A stretch of 46,077 nt of DNA, from the NCBI GenBank assembly GCA_016235365.1, contig JACRLF010000024.1, positions 1 to 46,077 on the forward strand, given 5' to 3'. The stretch's first letter is position 1, and each line of letters begins with the position of its first letter. Made by a program: the position numbers and the translations under genes. The DNA comes from Deltaproteobacteria bacterium. Its GTDB lineage: Bacteria > Desulfobacterota > GWC2-55-46. Below are positions 1 through 9,482 of the stretch, piece after piece. Under the pieces are notes generated by a model that ran no database searches, was not told where the DNA came from, and saw nothing but the letters and a program-made list of their open reading frames with translations.

Positions 1-414
1 CACTATCCTGTCGCCGGCCTTGATGCCGACCTTGTACGCCGGGGTGTCCTCGATAGGGGCCACCACCGTAAGGAAGTTGTCCATGACGCCTATCTCTATG
101 CCTATGCCGCCGAAGCTCCCCTTCGTGTCTATCTGCATCTCGGCGTACTCTTCAGGGGTCATGTAGCTCGAGTGCGGGTCGAGCCCCTTGACCATCCCCT
201 TTATGGCGTTGTTCATAAGGTCCTTTACCTCAACCGGCTCGGCGTAATTCTCCTGGACTATCCCGAGCACGTCGGTAAAGACCTTGAGGCTCTCATAGGT
301 CTGGTTCGGCAAGGCTACGACCCTCTGGGACAGCCCCCATGAGGCGGCGGTGAAGACCGCCACGATAATCATGACTCCCGCCCAGAACCTGGGTTTCGTG
401 ACGCTTTTTATCAT
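1..414 (-). CDS. ctpA: Carboxy-terminal processing protease (S41/Tsp family), N-terminal part only; the gene continues beyond the left edge
   Basis: Minus-strand reading from ATG at 414-412 gives MIKSVTKPRFWAGVMIIVAVF (signal anchor) ... LDPHSSYMTPEEYAEMQIDTKGSFGGIGIEIG ... VVAPIEDTPAYKVGIKAGDRIV. This matches the S41 N-domain plus the start of the PDZ domain. It lies directly downstream of ftsEX-envC. It is absent from the ORF track because it is truncated. Confidence 0.85.
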   Translation of the reverse strand, partial: MIKSVTKPRFWAGVMIIVAVFTAASWGLSQRVVALPNQTYESLKVFTDVLGIVQENYAEPVEVKDLMNNAIKGMVKGLDPHSSYMTPEEYAEMQIDTKGSFGGIGIEIGVMDNFLTVVAPIEDTPAYKVGIKAGDRIV

Positions 415-474
415 CTAATTATTTCCTCCCTTTCGTGTACGGCAGCTCGCATCTACAATATTGTACGCTAAAAA

Positions 475-1665
475 TCATCTGGCCGCAAGCCAGCTCATCG
501 GGTCCCTCGGGACCCCCTTCTGCCGTATCTCGAAGTAGAGCCCCTGGGTCGAATCCGGCCCCGTGTCCCCGACAAGGGCTATCTCAGCCCCCTGTTTCAC
601 CATGTCTCCGCGCTCCTTCAGCGACTTCGAGAGGTATGCGAAGAGCGTATAATACCCCCCCCTGTGGTCCACTATCATCACCTGGCCGTATCCCTTGAGC
701 CAGCCTACGTAGACGACCTTGCCGTCGTAGACGTTCTTGACGGGCGTGCCCGTAGAGGCCCCTATGACTATACCGTTGTTGAACGTCACGGTCTGGAACC
801 TGGGGTGCTTGACCTTGCCGTAGAATGAGACGACGCGGCCTTCAACCGGCATGATGAGCCTGCCCTTCATCGCGCCGAAGCCGCTCGAGTCCTCGGGCGC
901 GGGCGCAACGTCATGGCCTTCCCTGGATTCGGCCCTGAGCCTGTCTATAAGGTCCGAGAGTCCGGCGGCGGCCTGCTCAAGCTCCTTTATCGTCTTTATC
1001 CTGCGCTCTTTTTCGCGCTTGACGTCGTTAAGCAGGGCCACCCTTTCGCGCTGAATGGACTCGGTCTCTCTTTTTTTGGCCAGGACCGACGCCATCGACG
1101 ACTTCATCTCCCTTGCCAGCGCATCAAGGCCCTTTTTCTCGCCGGCGAGGCCCTTGATGTTCCGCTCGTACCTCTCGATAAGGCTTGAGTCGGAGTCCAT
1201 TATCATGGTGAGGTACTTGTGCTTCCTGCCGAGGTCGGAAGTGGAGTCGAAGGAGAAGAGCGCCTTGACGGACTCCCCCCTCCTCATCCTGTACATGGCC
1301 CTGAGCCGGCCGTTGAGCTTTTCAAATATCTCTTTTTTCTCCCTCTCAAGCCTCGATATATTGCCGTTCGCCCGGCTTATCCGCGCGTTCACGTCCCGGA
1401 TCCTGTCCTCTATCTTCTTCAGCTCGTCCCTGCTCGCGACAAGCTTCTTGTTTATCTCCTCGAGATCTCCGAGCACCGAGGTCTCTTTTTCGGATATATC
1501 CTTGACGCTCTTTTTCTCTTCCCTTATCTGTTTCCTGACGTCTTCGAGCTTTTTCTCCTTTATAAGGAGGCTCCTTTTGGCGTCGGGCCTCTTCGCGTAA
1601 GAGACGCCCTCCGCGCAGAATATGAGGCATGGGAGGATTAACGCCAGGAGCGCGCTTCTTTTCAT
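475..1665 (-). CDS. envC: EnvC-like murein hydrolase activator (coiled coil plus degenerate LytM/M23 domain)
   Basis: Start chosen at MKRSALLALILPCLIF (signal peptide). Its ATG at 1665-1663 overlaps the ftsX stop as ATGA. Long heptad-like K/E/R-rich region follows. The C-terminal M23 fold (GIVIGASTGTPVKNVYDGKVVYVG ... GLYFEIRQKGVPRDP) lacks the HxxxD and HxH metal ligands, as in EnvC-type activators. The 532-aa track ORF is an upstream extension running through ftsX. Confidence 0.85.
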   Translation of the reverse strand: MKRSALLALILPCLIFCAEGVSYAKRPDAKRSLLIKEKKLEDVRKQIREEKKSVKDISEKETSVLGDLEEINKKLVASRDELKKIEDRIRDVNARISRANGNISRLEREKKEIFEKLNGRLRAMYRMRRGESVKALFSFDSTSDLGRKHKYLTMIMDSDSSLIERYERNIKGLAGEKKGLDALAREMKSSMASVLAKKRETESIQRERVALLNDVKREKERRIKTIKELEQAAAGLSDLIDRLRAESREGHDVAPAPEDSSGFGAMKGRLIMPVEGRVVSFYGKVKHPRFQTVTFNNGIVIGASTGTPVKNVYDGKVVYVGWLKGYGQVMIVDHRGGYYTLFAYLSKSLKERGDMVKQGAEIALVGDTGPDSTQGLYFEIRQKGVPRDPMSWLAAR

Positions 1666-2552
1666 GTCTTCAAGAACCTCCCGACCGTTACGAGGCTCCC
1701 GGCAACGCCCATCAGCACTCCGGAGAGCACGAGGACCGAGAATACCGCGGGGGCCGGGAAGGGCACGTCGAGCGCGAACCTGAAGTACTGAGGGACGTTG
1801 TCGAGCATCAGATACCGCCCGACGGCCAGGACTGCGAACGATATCAGCCCGCCGACGACCCCCTGCATCACTCCCTCCATGAAAAACGGGACCTTCACAT
1901 ACGTATCCGAGGCCCCGATAAGCCTCATTATCTCTATCTCCTCTCTCCTGGCGTAGACGGCGAGCCTTACCGTGTTGGAGACGATGAAGACCGTGGCCGC
2001 GGCGAGGAACACCCCTATGACGAGCGCCGCAAGCTCCATGAACCTGATAAGCGAAGCGAACTTCTCGACCCACTCCCGGCTGTACTGCACCTCATCGACC
2101 CACGGCAGCCTCTTGAGGTTATCCGCGACACCCCTGACCCTGTCCGAGTCCCTGTAGGCGCTCCCGAGCTTTATCTCGAAAGACGCCGGCAGGAGGTTCG
2201 TATCAACGCCCTCGAGGATCGATTCGTGCCCCTTGAGCTCGTCCCTGAGCTCCTTTAAGGCCGCCTCCCTCGATATGTACGTGAAGGAGTTTACGCCGGG
2301 GACCCTCTTGAGGCTCTCCCCGAACTTCTCCGGGTCTGAAGCGACATTGTCCTTTACGTATACGACAACATGGGTCTTGTCGCCCCAGGTAGAGATAAAG
2401 CCGTTTAAGTTGATGGAGACGAAAAGGAAGATGGCGAAGATGGCGAGGGAGAACCCGATGGTGAAGGCGGTGAGTACCGCGGTCATCACGTTCTCCCTCG
2501 CGCAGCGGAGCGAGTCGGACAGCATATAAAGGAGGTTTGCCCCGCCGCTCAT
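1662..2552 (-). CDS. ftsX: Cell division protein FtsX (ABC-transporter permease-like)
   Basis: 296 aa. One N-terminal TM segment, a periplasmic loop, then three C-terminal TM segments. 4-nt overlaps with ftsE upstream (2549-2552) and envC downstream. Confidence 0.9.
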   Translation of the reverse strand: MSGGANLLYMLSDSLRCARENVMTAVLTAFTIGFSLAIFAIFLFVSINLNGFISTWGDKTHVVVYVKDNVASDPEKFGESLKRVPGVNSFTYISREAALKELRDELKGHESILEGVDTNLLPASFEIKLGSAYRDSDRVRGVADNLKRLPWVDEVQYSREWVEKFASLIRFMELAALVIGVFLAAATVFIVSNTVRLAVYARREEIEIMRLIGASDTYVKVPFFMEGVMQGVVGGLISFAVLAVGRYLMLDNVPQYFRFALDVPFPAPAVFSVLVLSGVLMGVAGSLVTVGRFLKT

Positions 2553-3205
2553 TGACCGGCTATTCTCCCGCCCTCCAGCATCACGGTCCTCCTGCCGAAA
2601 AGGTCTATGAGTCTTCTGTCGTGCGTGGCCACGACGACGGTGGTGCCCCGGTTGTTGACCTCTTTGAAAAGCTCCATTATCTCGTTGGAGAGCGCGGGGT
2701 CGAGGTTGCCGGTGGGCTCATCTGCTAAAATGATGGCAGGGTCCTTGACGAGCGCCCTCGCTATGGCGACCCTCTGCTGCTCGCCCCCGGAGAGGCTCAA
2801 CGGCTTGAAGTTGGCCCTGTGCTGGAGCTTCACGTAAGAGAGCATCCTGTTGACCCTGGCCTTGATATCCCCCGGGCCGACACCCATCACCTTGAGCGCG
2901 AGGGCGACGTTTTCAAAGACCGATTTGCCCGGAAGGAGCTTGAAGTCCTGGAAAACGAACCCTATCCTCCTCCTCAGCCCGGGGAGGTCCGCCGGCGGTA
3001 TCTTGACGTAATTCCGACCGTCGATGATGATCTGCCCGTCGGTCGGGGCCTCTGAGCCGAACATTATCTTCAGCAGCGTGGATTTCCCGGCCCCGCTCGG
3101 CCCGGTTATGAAGAGGAATTCACCCTTGGGTACATTCAGGGTTATATCTGAAAGGGCCGGGGCGGAACCTTCGTAACTCTTGGAGACATGGAACATCTGG
3201 ATCAT
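2549..3205 (-). CDS. ftsE: Cell division ATP-binding protein FtsE
   Basis: Walker A GPSGAGKST, ABC signature LSGGEQQRVAIARAL, Walker B ILADEPTGNLD. 218 aa. Directly precedes ftsX. Confidence 0.93.
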   Translation of the reverse strand: MIQMFHVSKSYEGSAPALSDITLNVPKGEFLFITGPSGAGKSTLLKIMFGSEAPTDGQIIIDGRNYVKIPPADLPGLRRRIGFVFQDFKLLPGKSVFENVALALKVMGVGPGDIKARVNRMLSYVKLQHRANFKPLSLSGGEQQRVAIARALVKDPAIILADEPTGNLDPALSNEIMELFKEVNNRGTTVVVATHDRRLIDLFGRRTVMLEGGRIAGQ

Positions 3206-3220
3206 TGTCAGGGCCGTGCG

Positions 3221-3405
3221 CCTAACAGGTTGTTGAAAAACCCTCGCGTCCGTTCAGGCTGTTCAAAAAGCTCCCGACCCGCGCCACTTGGCGTGGGTGC
3301 CCCGAAGGCGTCGAGGAGCGAGGAATGAGGCGTATTTTGTCCATACGCCGCAGTGACGAGCGACGATGACAACGCAGTAGATGGACTTTTTCAACAGCCT
3401 GCTAA
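3221..3405. repeat. Intergenic repeat family R1, copy 1 (MITE/REP-like, ~185 bp)
   Basis: Near-identical to 25509-25685 apart from a few substitutions and one 8-bp indel. Ends are an imperfect inverted repeat: CAGGTTGTTGAAAAA ... TTTTTCAACAGCCTG. Confidence 0.8.
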
Positions 3406-3964
3406 TGAGATGCCCGGCGTCCAGCCCCCGGGTCCGCGGCACATCCGGGCCAACACCGCCGGGGGAGCGGGACAATGAACCACCCCGGAGCAAGCCCCGG
3501 AGTTTCCGTTGGAACTTACGTTCCTGGCTTGCAAAGCAAGCTTCGAGGAATGGGGTGCCCGCCGTAATCCCGTCCGCTTTAGCGGCGGGTCAAAGCGGGC
3601 AAATATAAAAGACGTTACCATGCCATCAAAATTCTCCGTCATTTATGGGGGAGAATTTTAATCATACCCGAAGGAAACATTAAAAAGAAAAAGCGCGTTT
3701 ACTTTCAGCTACTTGGGCGGACAAATACAAAAGGTATTATCCCAGTTGCCAAATTTTATGTCAAGAGGTTAATGGCGCCGGAGGCAAAAAACAACTTTCC
3801 GTGACATGGGTTTGGCGGGCTTCAACGCCGCAGGCACGCCATGCATTTTAGACTAAATTTTGGACTGGAGTTGCCGATATATATAAAAGTATACACATGT
3901 GCCTTTGACCTCGATCCTTCATAAAGGCGGCTTGCCGCGGGGAGCTTCAAGACAAGGATCCAAG

Positions 3965-4996
3965 ATGGCTGAGCATACCGGGGGCTTCCACAGACAATAT
4001 CGCGTAAAAGATACCCCCCCTCCCTCCATACTCATAGTCGACGACCACGACGTCAACATCGAGCTCATGACCTCGGTCATGGACATCGAGGGCTATAATA
4101 CCATTTCATCGACCGACCCCAATGAGGCCTTGCGCATCGCCGAGGAACTCTCCCCGGACATCGCCGTGCTCGACGTGATGATGCCCGGGATGAACGGCTA
4201 CGAGCTGTGCAGGAGGCTGAAGGCCGGGTGCAAGAAAAGGTTCTTCCCGGTCATACTGGTAACCGGGCTCCATCAGTTGGAGGACAAGGCCAAGGGCCTC
4301 GAGGCCGGGGCCGCGGAGTTTTTCACCAAGCCGTTCAGCATCAAGGAACTGGTCTACAAGATCCGCTCACTGCTCGAGTACAAGCGTGTTCTCAATGAGC
4401 TTGAACAGGCGGAGGAGATGATATTGGCGCTGACCAGCGCCGTTGAGTCGAAGTGCCGCTGCAGCATGGGGCACTCGGAAAGGGTGAGTTCGCTCTCCTA
4501 CGAGCTCGCGCGCATTATCGGGGTCGATGAGGCCGAGGCGTTGAGCATAAGGAAGGCGGCCCTGCTCCACGACATCGGCAAGGTCTGCCGAGGCTTGGGC
4601 ACGGCGCGCGGGAATGCCTGCCAGGACGAAGACGGCGAGCTTGCGAAGAGGCACCCGGCGGCCGGAGCGGAGTTCCTGAGCCGCATATCCTCGTTCAAGG
4701 AGGTCATCCCGGCGATAAGGTCCCATCACGAGAGATGGGACGGCGCGGGCGTCCCCGAAGGATTGAGGGGCGAGGGGATACCGCTTGGCGCAAGGGTCAT
4801 CTCCATCGCGGACTCGTTCGACAGGATCGCCTCAAAACAGCCCGCGGGGTGCATGTCCCCGGCAAAGGAGGCCATTAGGGCCATGAAGGTCGAGAACTCT
4901 TCGGGGCAGTGGGATTCGGAGCTGCTCTCCAGGTTCCTGGAAATGCTGGAAGGGCGCGTTGGATCGGTCGAAGATATGTATACGAGGAAACCTTGA
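3965..4996 (+). CDS. Response regulator with HD-GYP type phosphodiesterase domain (REC + HD-GYP)
   Basis: REC motifs: ILIVDDHD, LDVMMPGMNGYEL, TKPF. HD domain motifs: HSERV, LLHDIGKV, and HHERWDGAGVPEG (GYP degenerated to GVP). Start moved to ATG 3965 (MAEHTGG) because 3899-3964 translates a copy of the R2 hairpin repeat (GGCGGCTTGCCGCGGGGAGCTTCAAG). Confidence 0.85.
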   Translation: MAEHTGGFHRQYRVKDTPPPSILIVDDHDVNIELMTSVMDIEGYNTISSTDPNEALRIAEELSPDIAVLDVMMPGMNGYELCRRLKAGCKKRFFPVILVTGLHQLEDKAKGLEAGAAEFFTKPFSIKELVYKIRSLLEYKRVLNELEQAEEMILALTSAVESKCRCSMGHSERVSSLSYELARIIGVDEAEALSIRKAALLHDIGKVCRGLGTARGNACQDEDGELAKRHPAAGAEFLSRISSFKEVIPAIRSHHERWDGAGVPEGLRGEGIPLGARVISIADSFDRIASKQPAGCMSPAKEAIRAMKVENSSGQWDSELLSRFLEMLEGRVGSVEDMYTRKP

Positions 4997-5027
4997 GGGC
5001 CTCACCACCCGCAAACGGGAGCGGTAA

Positions 5028-8000
5028 ATGACAAAGATAGCTATCGTTGGGGCCGGCAAGGGCGGCAATGCGCTTCTGGAGCTCTTCCATGCGAGCGAAG
5101 ACGTCCAGGTTATCGCCATAGCGGACAGGTATAATGACGCCCCGGGCCTCAAGACCGCCAGGAGATTGAACGTCCCTGTGGCGGACTCCATAAAAGATAT
5201 CTGCGCCTTGAGGCCGGACATAGTCATAAACGTAACCAACGAGCCCGCGATAACGAGGTACGTCAAAGACGAGGCCCCTTACCCGGTGGAGGTGCTGGAA
5301 GGCAGGGGGGCGCGGCTTTTGTGGGAGCTCGTTGAAAAACAGATGAGGGCCGGGACGGACCTGGCCGTGCTCTACAGGACCGGGCTTTTCCTCAACAAGG
5401 CCAGGGACCTGGGCGAGGTCCTCGATGCCGTCGTCAAGGGCGCTATGGAGTTGACCGGCATTGCCGCGGGTTTCATAGCGCTTACGGAAGGCTCCGAGAT
5501 GGCCAAGTCGGCCTGCATGGGATTGAGCCGGGACTTCCTTGAAAACCAGCGCTGGAGCCCGAGCAAGAGCGGGCTTACCTCTTTCATCCTCAGCCACACC
5601 GAGCCGGTGGATTTCCCCGATATCGAAAGAGACCCGCTGTTCAAGGACAGCTACCTGCGCAGGGAGTCCATACGGGCGCTTCTCGCCGCGCCGCTGCGCA
5701 TGGAGAGCGGCGCCACCGGGATACTGTACCTCTGCGATTTCAAGCCGGTGGGGTTCGACGAAAGACACAGGAGCCTGATAAAGCTCTTCTCCTCGCAGGC
5801 GGCCCACGCCATAGAGAAGTTCAGGCTCCTGCACAGGCTGGAAGAGTCCCTCGAAAGCCTCCAGAACATATTCAACGATTCGCAGGACATGATCATAGCC
5901 ACGGACAACGACGCGAGGATAATCAGGTTCTCCAGGGGCGGGGAGAGGATCCTGGGGTACTCGCAGGACGAGGTCATCGGGAAGAAGGCGGAGGAGTTCT
6001 ACAGGGACTCGAACGAACGGAAGAACATCCTCCGGATGATCAGGGAGAAGGGCGCCGTCATCAACCACGAAACGACCCTGTTGAGGAAAGACGGCGCGCC
6101 GGTGGACATAAGCCTGACCATATCAGTGCTCAGGGACAGGTCAGGCCGGGCCATAGGCACGGTGGGGGTGAGCAAGGACATAACCGTGGAGAAACGGCTG
6201 CGCGGAGATCTCGAAGAGCTCAACAGGAACCTCGAGGACAAGGTCTTCGAGCGCACCAGGGAGCTTGAGAAGATAAACAGGGAGCTTAAGAAGGCCAACG
6301 AGCTGAAGGGGAGGTTCATATCGAACGCGAGCCACGAGCTCAGGACCCCGCTCCATTCCATAATAGGGTTCGCCGAGGTGCTTCTGGACAAGAGCTACGG
6401 AGATATGAACGAAAAGCAGATGAGGTTCGCCAACACCATCATGAACGCCTGCAGGCACCTCCTGCACCTTGTGAACAATATCCTCGACCTCGCCAAGATA
6501 GAGGCCGGCAAGGCCCAGCTCTCCTACGAGATATTCACGGTCAGGGATACCGTCGCCGAGGTGGTCGGCGTAATACGCCCGCTGGCCGACGGCAGGCGCA
6601 TCGCGGTAAACGTGGAGACGATGGACGGCATACGCGCCTTTACGGCCGACAGGGGCAAGTTCAAGCAGATACTGTATAACCTCCTGAGCAACGCGATAAA
6701 GTTCACCCCGGAAGGGGGCGCCATCCATATCATCGCCAGGCTGGAGGTGAACAAGGGTGATATCCTCTGGGCCCCGAAAGGGCTTGAGTTCCTCAAGATA
6801 TCCGTAAGGGACACGGGCCCCGGCATAAAGCCCGAGGACAGGGAGAGGATATTCGAGGAATTCGAACAACTCGACTCGTCCAAGACCACCGAAGGGACCG
6901 GGCTCGGCCTCTCTCTCACCAAGAAACTCGTGGAGATACACGGCGGGCGGATAGAGGTGGGCGGCGGATACGGCGAAGGGGCGGTGTTCGACGTCTACCT
7001 GCCGTACATCGCCGACGAGGCCGGGGGAGAGATACCGCTTGTCGGCGAGGCCGGCGCCGTCGCTTTCCCCGAGGTCAAGCAGGACAACCCCGTGGTGCTC
7101 GTCGCCGAGGACGACCTGCCGACGGTCGAGCTCCTGACCATCCATCTTACCCAAGCCGGATACACGGTCGCCCACGCATACGACGGGGCCGAGGCCGTAG
7201 CCAAGGCAAAGGAACTCAAGCCCTTCGTGATAACGCTTGACATCATGCTGCCCAAAAAGGACGGATGGGAGGTGCTCCAGGAACTCAAGGCGGACCCGTC
7301 CACCAAGGATATCCCCGTGGTCATACATTCCATCATAGAGAACAGGGAGCTTGGGTTCGCGCTCGGAGCCACCGACTACCTCGTGAAGCCTGTAGACCAT
7401 GCCGCGCTTCTCGACAAGATCAAGGGGTTCGTAAAAGACGACAGGAGGAAGCAGGCGCCGGTAAACGTCCTGCTTATCTCCGCCGACAGCGCCACGCAGG
7501 ACCGGCTCTACGGCTCCCTCCAGGGAGAGGGGCTCCTGCTGCACTCGGCGGCGGACGATGACGGCGGCATAGAGCTTGCCTGCGCCACAAGGCCCAACGC
7601 CATAATGGTGGACGTGGAAGACGCCGTGAAGGGCTTTGAGACCATCAAAAAGATCAGGAGCAGCCCGTCCCTGAAGGACGTCCCGCTCTTCGTCCTTACG
7701 TCCAGGGACCTGCCGCAGGAGGAGAGGGCCTCTATTACCGGCCAGGTGGAGAGGATACTGCGGAAGGACTCTTTAAGCTCCGGGGAGTTGGTCAGCCACT
7801 TAAAGAGCCTCGAAGTCCTCTATCCGGAAAAGGCGGGGCTCGTCGACGAGGTTACCATGCTCTTCAACAGAAGGTACCTGAAGATAAGGCTTGCGCAGGA
7901 GATGAGCAGGGCCAAGAGATACAAGACGCCACTTGTCTTCTTCAACATTGATATAGACCACTTCGGCCATTACGTCTCGCGTAAGGGGCCTTATTACGGC

Positions 8001-8342
8001 AACCTCGTCATGAAAAAACTGGCCGAGCTTCTTAAAAGGAGCATACGCGGCTCGGACGTGCTTGTGCGCTACGGCAGGAGCTCCTTCGGGCTGGTGCTCA
8101 CAAACACCTTCCTCAACTCCGCCGCGGTGCTTGCCAGAAGGTTTTTATCGATGGTCCACGATTACCCGTTCCTGTACGAAGAAGTCCAGCCCGGGACAAA
8201 GATCACCATAAGCATCGGGGCCTCGGAGTTCTCGGGGCAGGCCGGGGATGAGATCATATCAAACGCCGAGTCGGCTCTGTTCGAGGCGAAAAGGAAGGGC
8301 GGCAACAGGCTGGAGTTCCACCGCGGCAACGGTCAGCAGTGA
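5028..8342 (+). CDS. Multidomain hybrid sensor kinase: Rossmann-like N-domain, GAF, PAS, HisKA, HATPase_c, two REC domains, degenerate GGDEF
   Basis: N-terminus KIAIVGAGKGGNALLELF...VIAIAD (GxGxxG beta-alpha-beta fingerprint). HisKA FISNASHELRTPL. HATPase DTGPGI / GTGLGLS. REC1 VVLVAEDD...ITLDIMLPKKDG. REC2 VNVLLISAD...IMVDVED. C-terminal GGDEF fold has YGRSSF in place of GGDEF, with RGSD (RxxD) five residues upstream. Confidence 0.9.
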   Translation: MTKIAIVGAGKGGNALLELFHASEDVQVIAIADRYNDAPGLKTARRLNVPVADSIKDICALRPDIVINVTNEPAITRYVKDEAPYPVEVLEGRGARLLWELVEKQMRAGTDLAVLYRTGLFLNKARDLGEVLDAVVKGAMELTGIAAGFIALTEGSEMAKSACMGLSRDFLENQRWSPSKSGLTSFILSHTEPVDFPDIERDPLFKDSYLRRESIRALLAAPLRMESGATGILYLCDFKPVGFDERHRSLIKLFSSQAAHAIEKFRLLHRLEESLESLQNIFNDSQDMIIATDNDARIIRFSRGGERILGYSQDEVIGKKAEEFYRDSNERKNILRMIREKGAVINHETTLLRKDGAPVDISLTISVLRDRSGRAIGTVGVSKDITVEKRLRGDLEELNRNLEDKVFERTRELEKINRELKKANELKGRFISNASHELRTPLHSIIGFAEVLLDKSYGDMNEKQMRFANTIMNACRHLLHLVNNILDLAKIEAGKAQLSYEIFTVRDTVAEVVGVIRPLADGRRIAVNVETMDGIRAFTADRGKFKQILYNLLSNAIKFTPEGGAIHIIARLEVNKGDILWAPKGLEFLKISVRDTGPGIKPEDRERIFEEFEQLDSSKTTEGTGLGLSLTKKLVEIHGGRIEVGGGYGEGAVFDVYLPYIADEAGGEIPLVGEAGAVAFPEVKQDNPVVLVAEDDLPTVELLTIHLTQAGYTVAHAYDGAEAVAKAKELKPFVITLDIMLPKKDGWEVLQELKADPSTKDIPVVIHSIIENRELGFALGATDYLVKPVDHAALLDKIKGFVKDDRRKQAPVNVLLISADSATQDRLYGSLQGEGLLLHSAADDDGGIELACATRPNAIMVDVEDAVKGFETIKKIRSSPSLKDVPLFVLTSRDLPQEERASITGQVERILRKDSLSSGELVSHLKSLEVLYPEKAGLVDEVTMLFNRRYLKIRLAQEMSRAKRYKTPLVFFNIDIDHFGHYVSRKGPYYGNLVMKKLAELLKRSIRGSDVLVRYGRSSFGLVLTNTFLNSAAVLARRFLSMVHDYPFLYEEVQPGTKITISIGASEFSGQAGDEIISNAESALFEAKRKGGNRLEFHRGNGQQ

Positions 8343-8374
8343 ACCCTTCTAAAGATGGGATTTACTTCGCGGAG

Positions 8375-8424
8375 CCTGTCCTGAGCGAAAGAACGAGATT
8401 CTTCGCTATGCTCAGAATGACAGG
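8375..8424. repeat. Imperfect palindrome between the convergent kinase and wspR genes (possible bidirectional terminator or REP-like unit)
   Basis: CCTGTCCTGAGCGAAAGAA ... TTCTTCGCTATGCTCAGAATGACAGG. A related palindrome lies at about 26060-26125 (GTCATTGCGAACGGAG ... CGCTACGCTCGCAAAGAC). Confidence 0.45.
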
Positions 8425-8456
8425 CTAAAATAGTTTTTCCGCCGCCTGTCAAATAA

Positions 8457-9482
8457 CTATTGCCCGTGGATCACGTACCGGTTGCGTCCCGCGGCCTTGG
8501 CCTTATAGAGCGCCTCGTCGGCCCTGGCTATGAGGTCTTCCGGGGCCGTCCCGTCATCCGGCGCGACCGAGGCCACCCCGAGGCTTATGGTCACGTGTTT
8601 CGCCACGCCGGAGAGGGCGTGGCTGATATCCTGCGCCTCGATATTGGAGCGCATATGCTCGGCTATTATGGCGGCCCCCTCGGCGTCCGTATTCGGCAGC
8701 AGCACCACGAACTCCTCGCCTCCGTAGCGTGCTATGAAATCCCCGGGGCGATGGAGCGTGTTGCTCAGCGTCGAGGCCACTTTCTTGAGGCAATCGTCCC
8801 CCCCCTGATGGCCGTAATTGTCGTTGTACTTTTTGAAGAAGTCTATGTCTATCATTACTACCGCGAGATTCCACGCCTCTCTGTGCCCGCGCTTCCACTC
8901 CTGCCTGAGTATTTCGTCGAAATGGCGACGGTTGGCTATGCCGGTAAGCCCGTCTATCACGGAGAGCCTCTGCAGTATCGCGTTGCGCTCCTCGAGCTGT
9001 TCCTGGAGCTTTTTAAGCTCCCTGTACGCCTCGTCGCGCTGCATCTGGAGCAGATACGACCCGGAGTGCGCGCGTATGCGCGCCACGAGCTCTATCCTGT
9101 CCGGGAGTTTCACGAGGTAGTCGCTGGCGCCCTTTTCAAAGGCCATGCTCTTGTCCCTCGGGTCCTCCTTCGTGGAGAGCACTATCACCGGCGTGCTCGC
9201 AGTCGATGGGTCGGCCCTGTAGCGGCGCAGGAGCGTGTACCCGTCCACCTCCGGCATGACGATATCCTGCAGGATTATGGTGGGCTTGACCTCTTTGGCC
9301 GTCTCTACCGCCCTGGTGGGGTCCTTGCAGTAATGGAATTCGATGTCCCCTTCGTCGGCGAGCATGCGCCTGATGGCCTCGGCCACTATGGCCTGGTCAT
9401 CCACTAACAACAGCACCACGGCGTGCCGGGAGTTCTGCGTCCCCGCTGCTTCAGGGCCGCGCGGTAAGGTTTCCATCTTCAT
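8457..9482 (-). CDS. wspR: Response-regulator diguanylate cyclase (REC + GGDEF), WspR-like
   Basis: REC motifs: VLLLVDDQ, LQDIVMPEVDG, YLVKLP. GGDEF domain has an intact active site RYGGEEF and I-site RPGD. Start ATG 9482-9480 overlaps the cheB stop (ATGA). The 491-aa track ORF is an extension through cheB. Confidence 0.88.
   Translation of the reverse strand: MKMETLPRGPEAAGTQNSRHAVVLLLVDDQAIVAEAIRRMLADEGDIEFHYCKDPTRAVETAKEVKPTIILQDIVMPEVDGYTLLRRYRADPSTASTPVIVLSTKEDPRDKSMAFEKGASDYLVKLPDRIELVARIRAHSGSYLLQMQRDEAYRELKKLQEQLEERNAILQRLSVIDGLTGIANRRHFDEILRQEWKRGHREAWNLAVVMIDIDFFKKYNDNYGHQGGDDCLKKVASTLSNTLHRPGDFIARYGGEEFVVLLPNTDAEGAAIIAEHMRSNIEAQDISHALSGVAKHVTISLGVASVAPDDGTAPEDLIARADEALYKAKAAGRNRYVIHGQ

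Noticed and set aside
475-2073. Long versions of envC (532 aa) and wspR (8457-9932, 491 aa) as given in the ORF track
   Set aside because: The upstream portions overlap ftsX and cheB in another frame and are Arg/Gly-rich nonsense. Internal ATGs with signal peptide or receiver-domain starts coincide with ATGA stop/start overlaps to the upstream gene.
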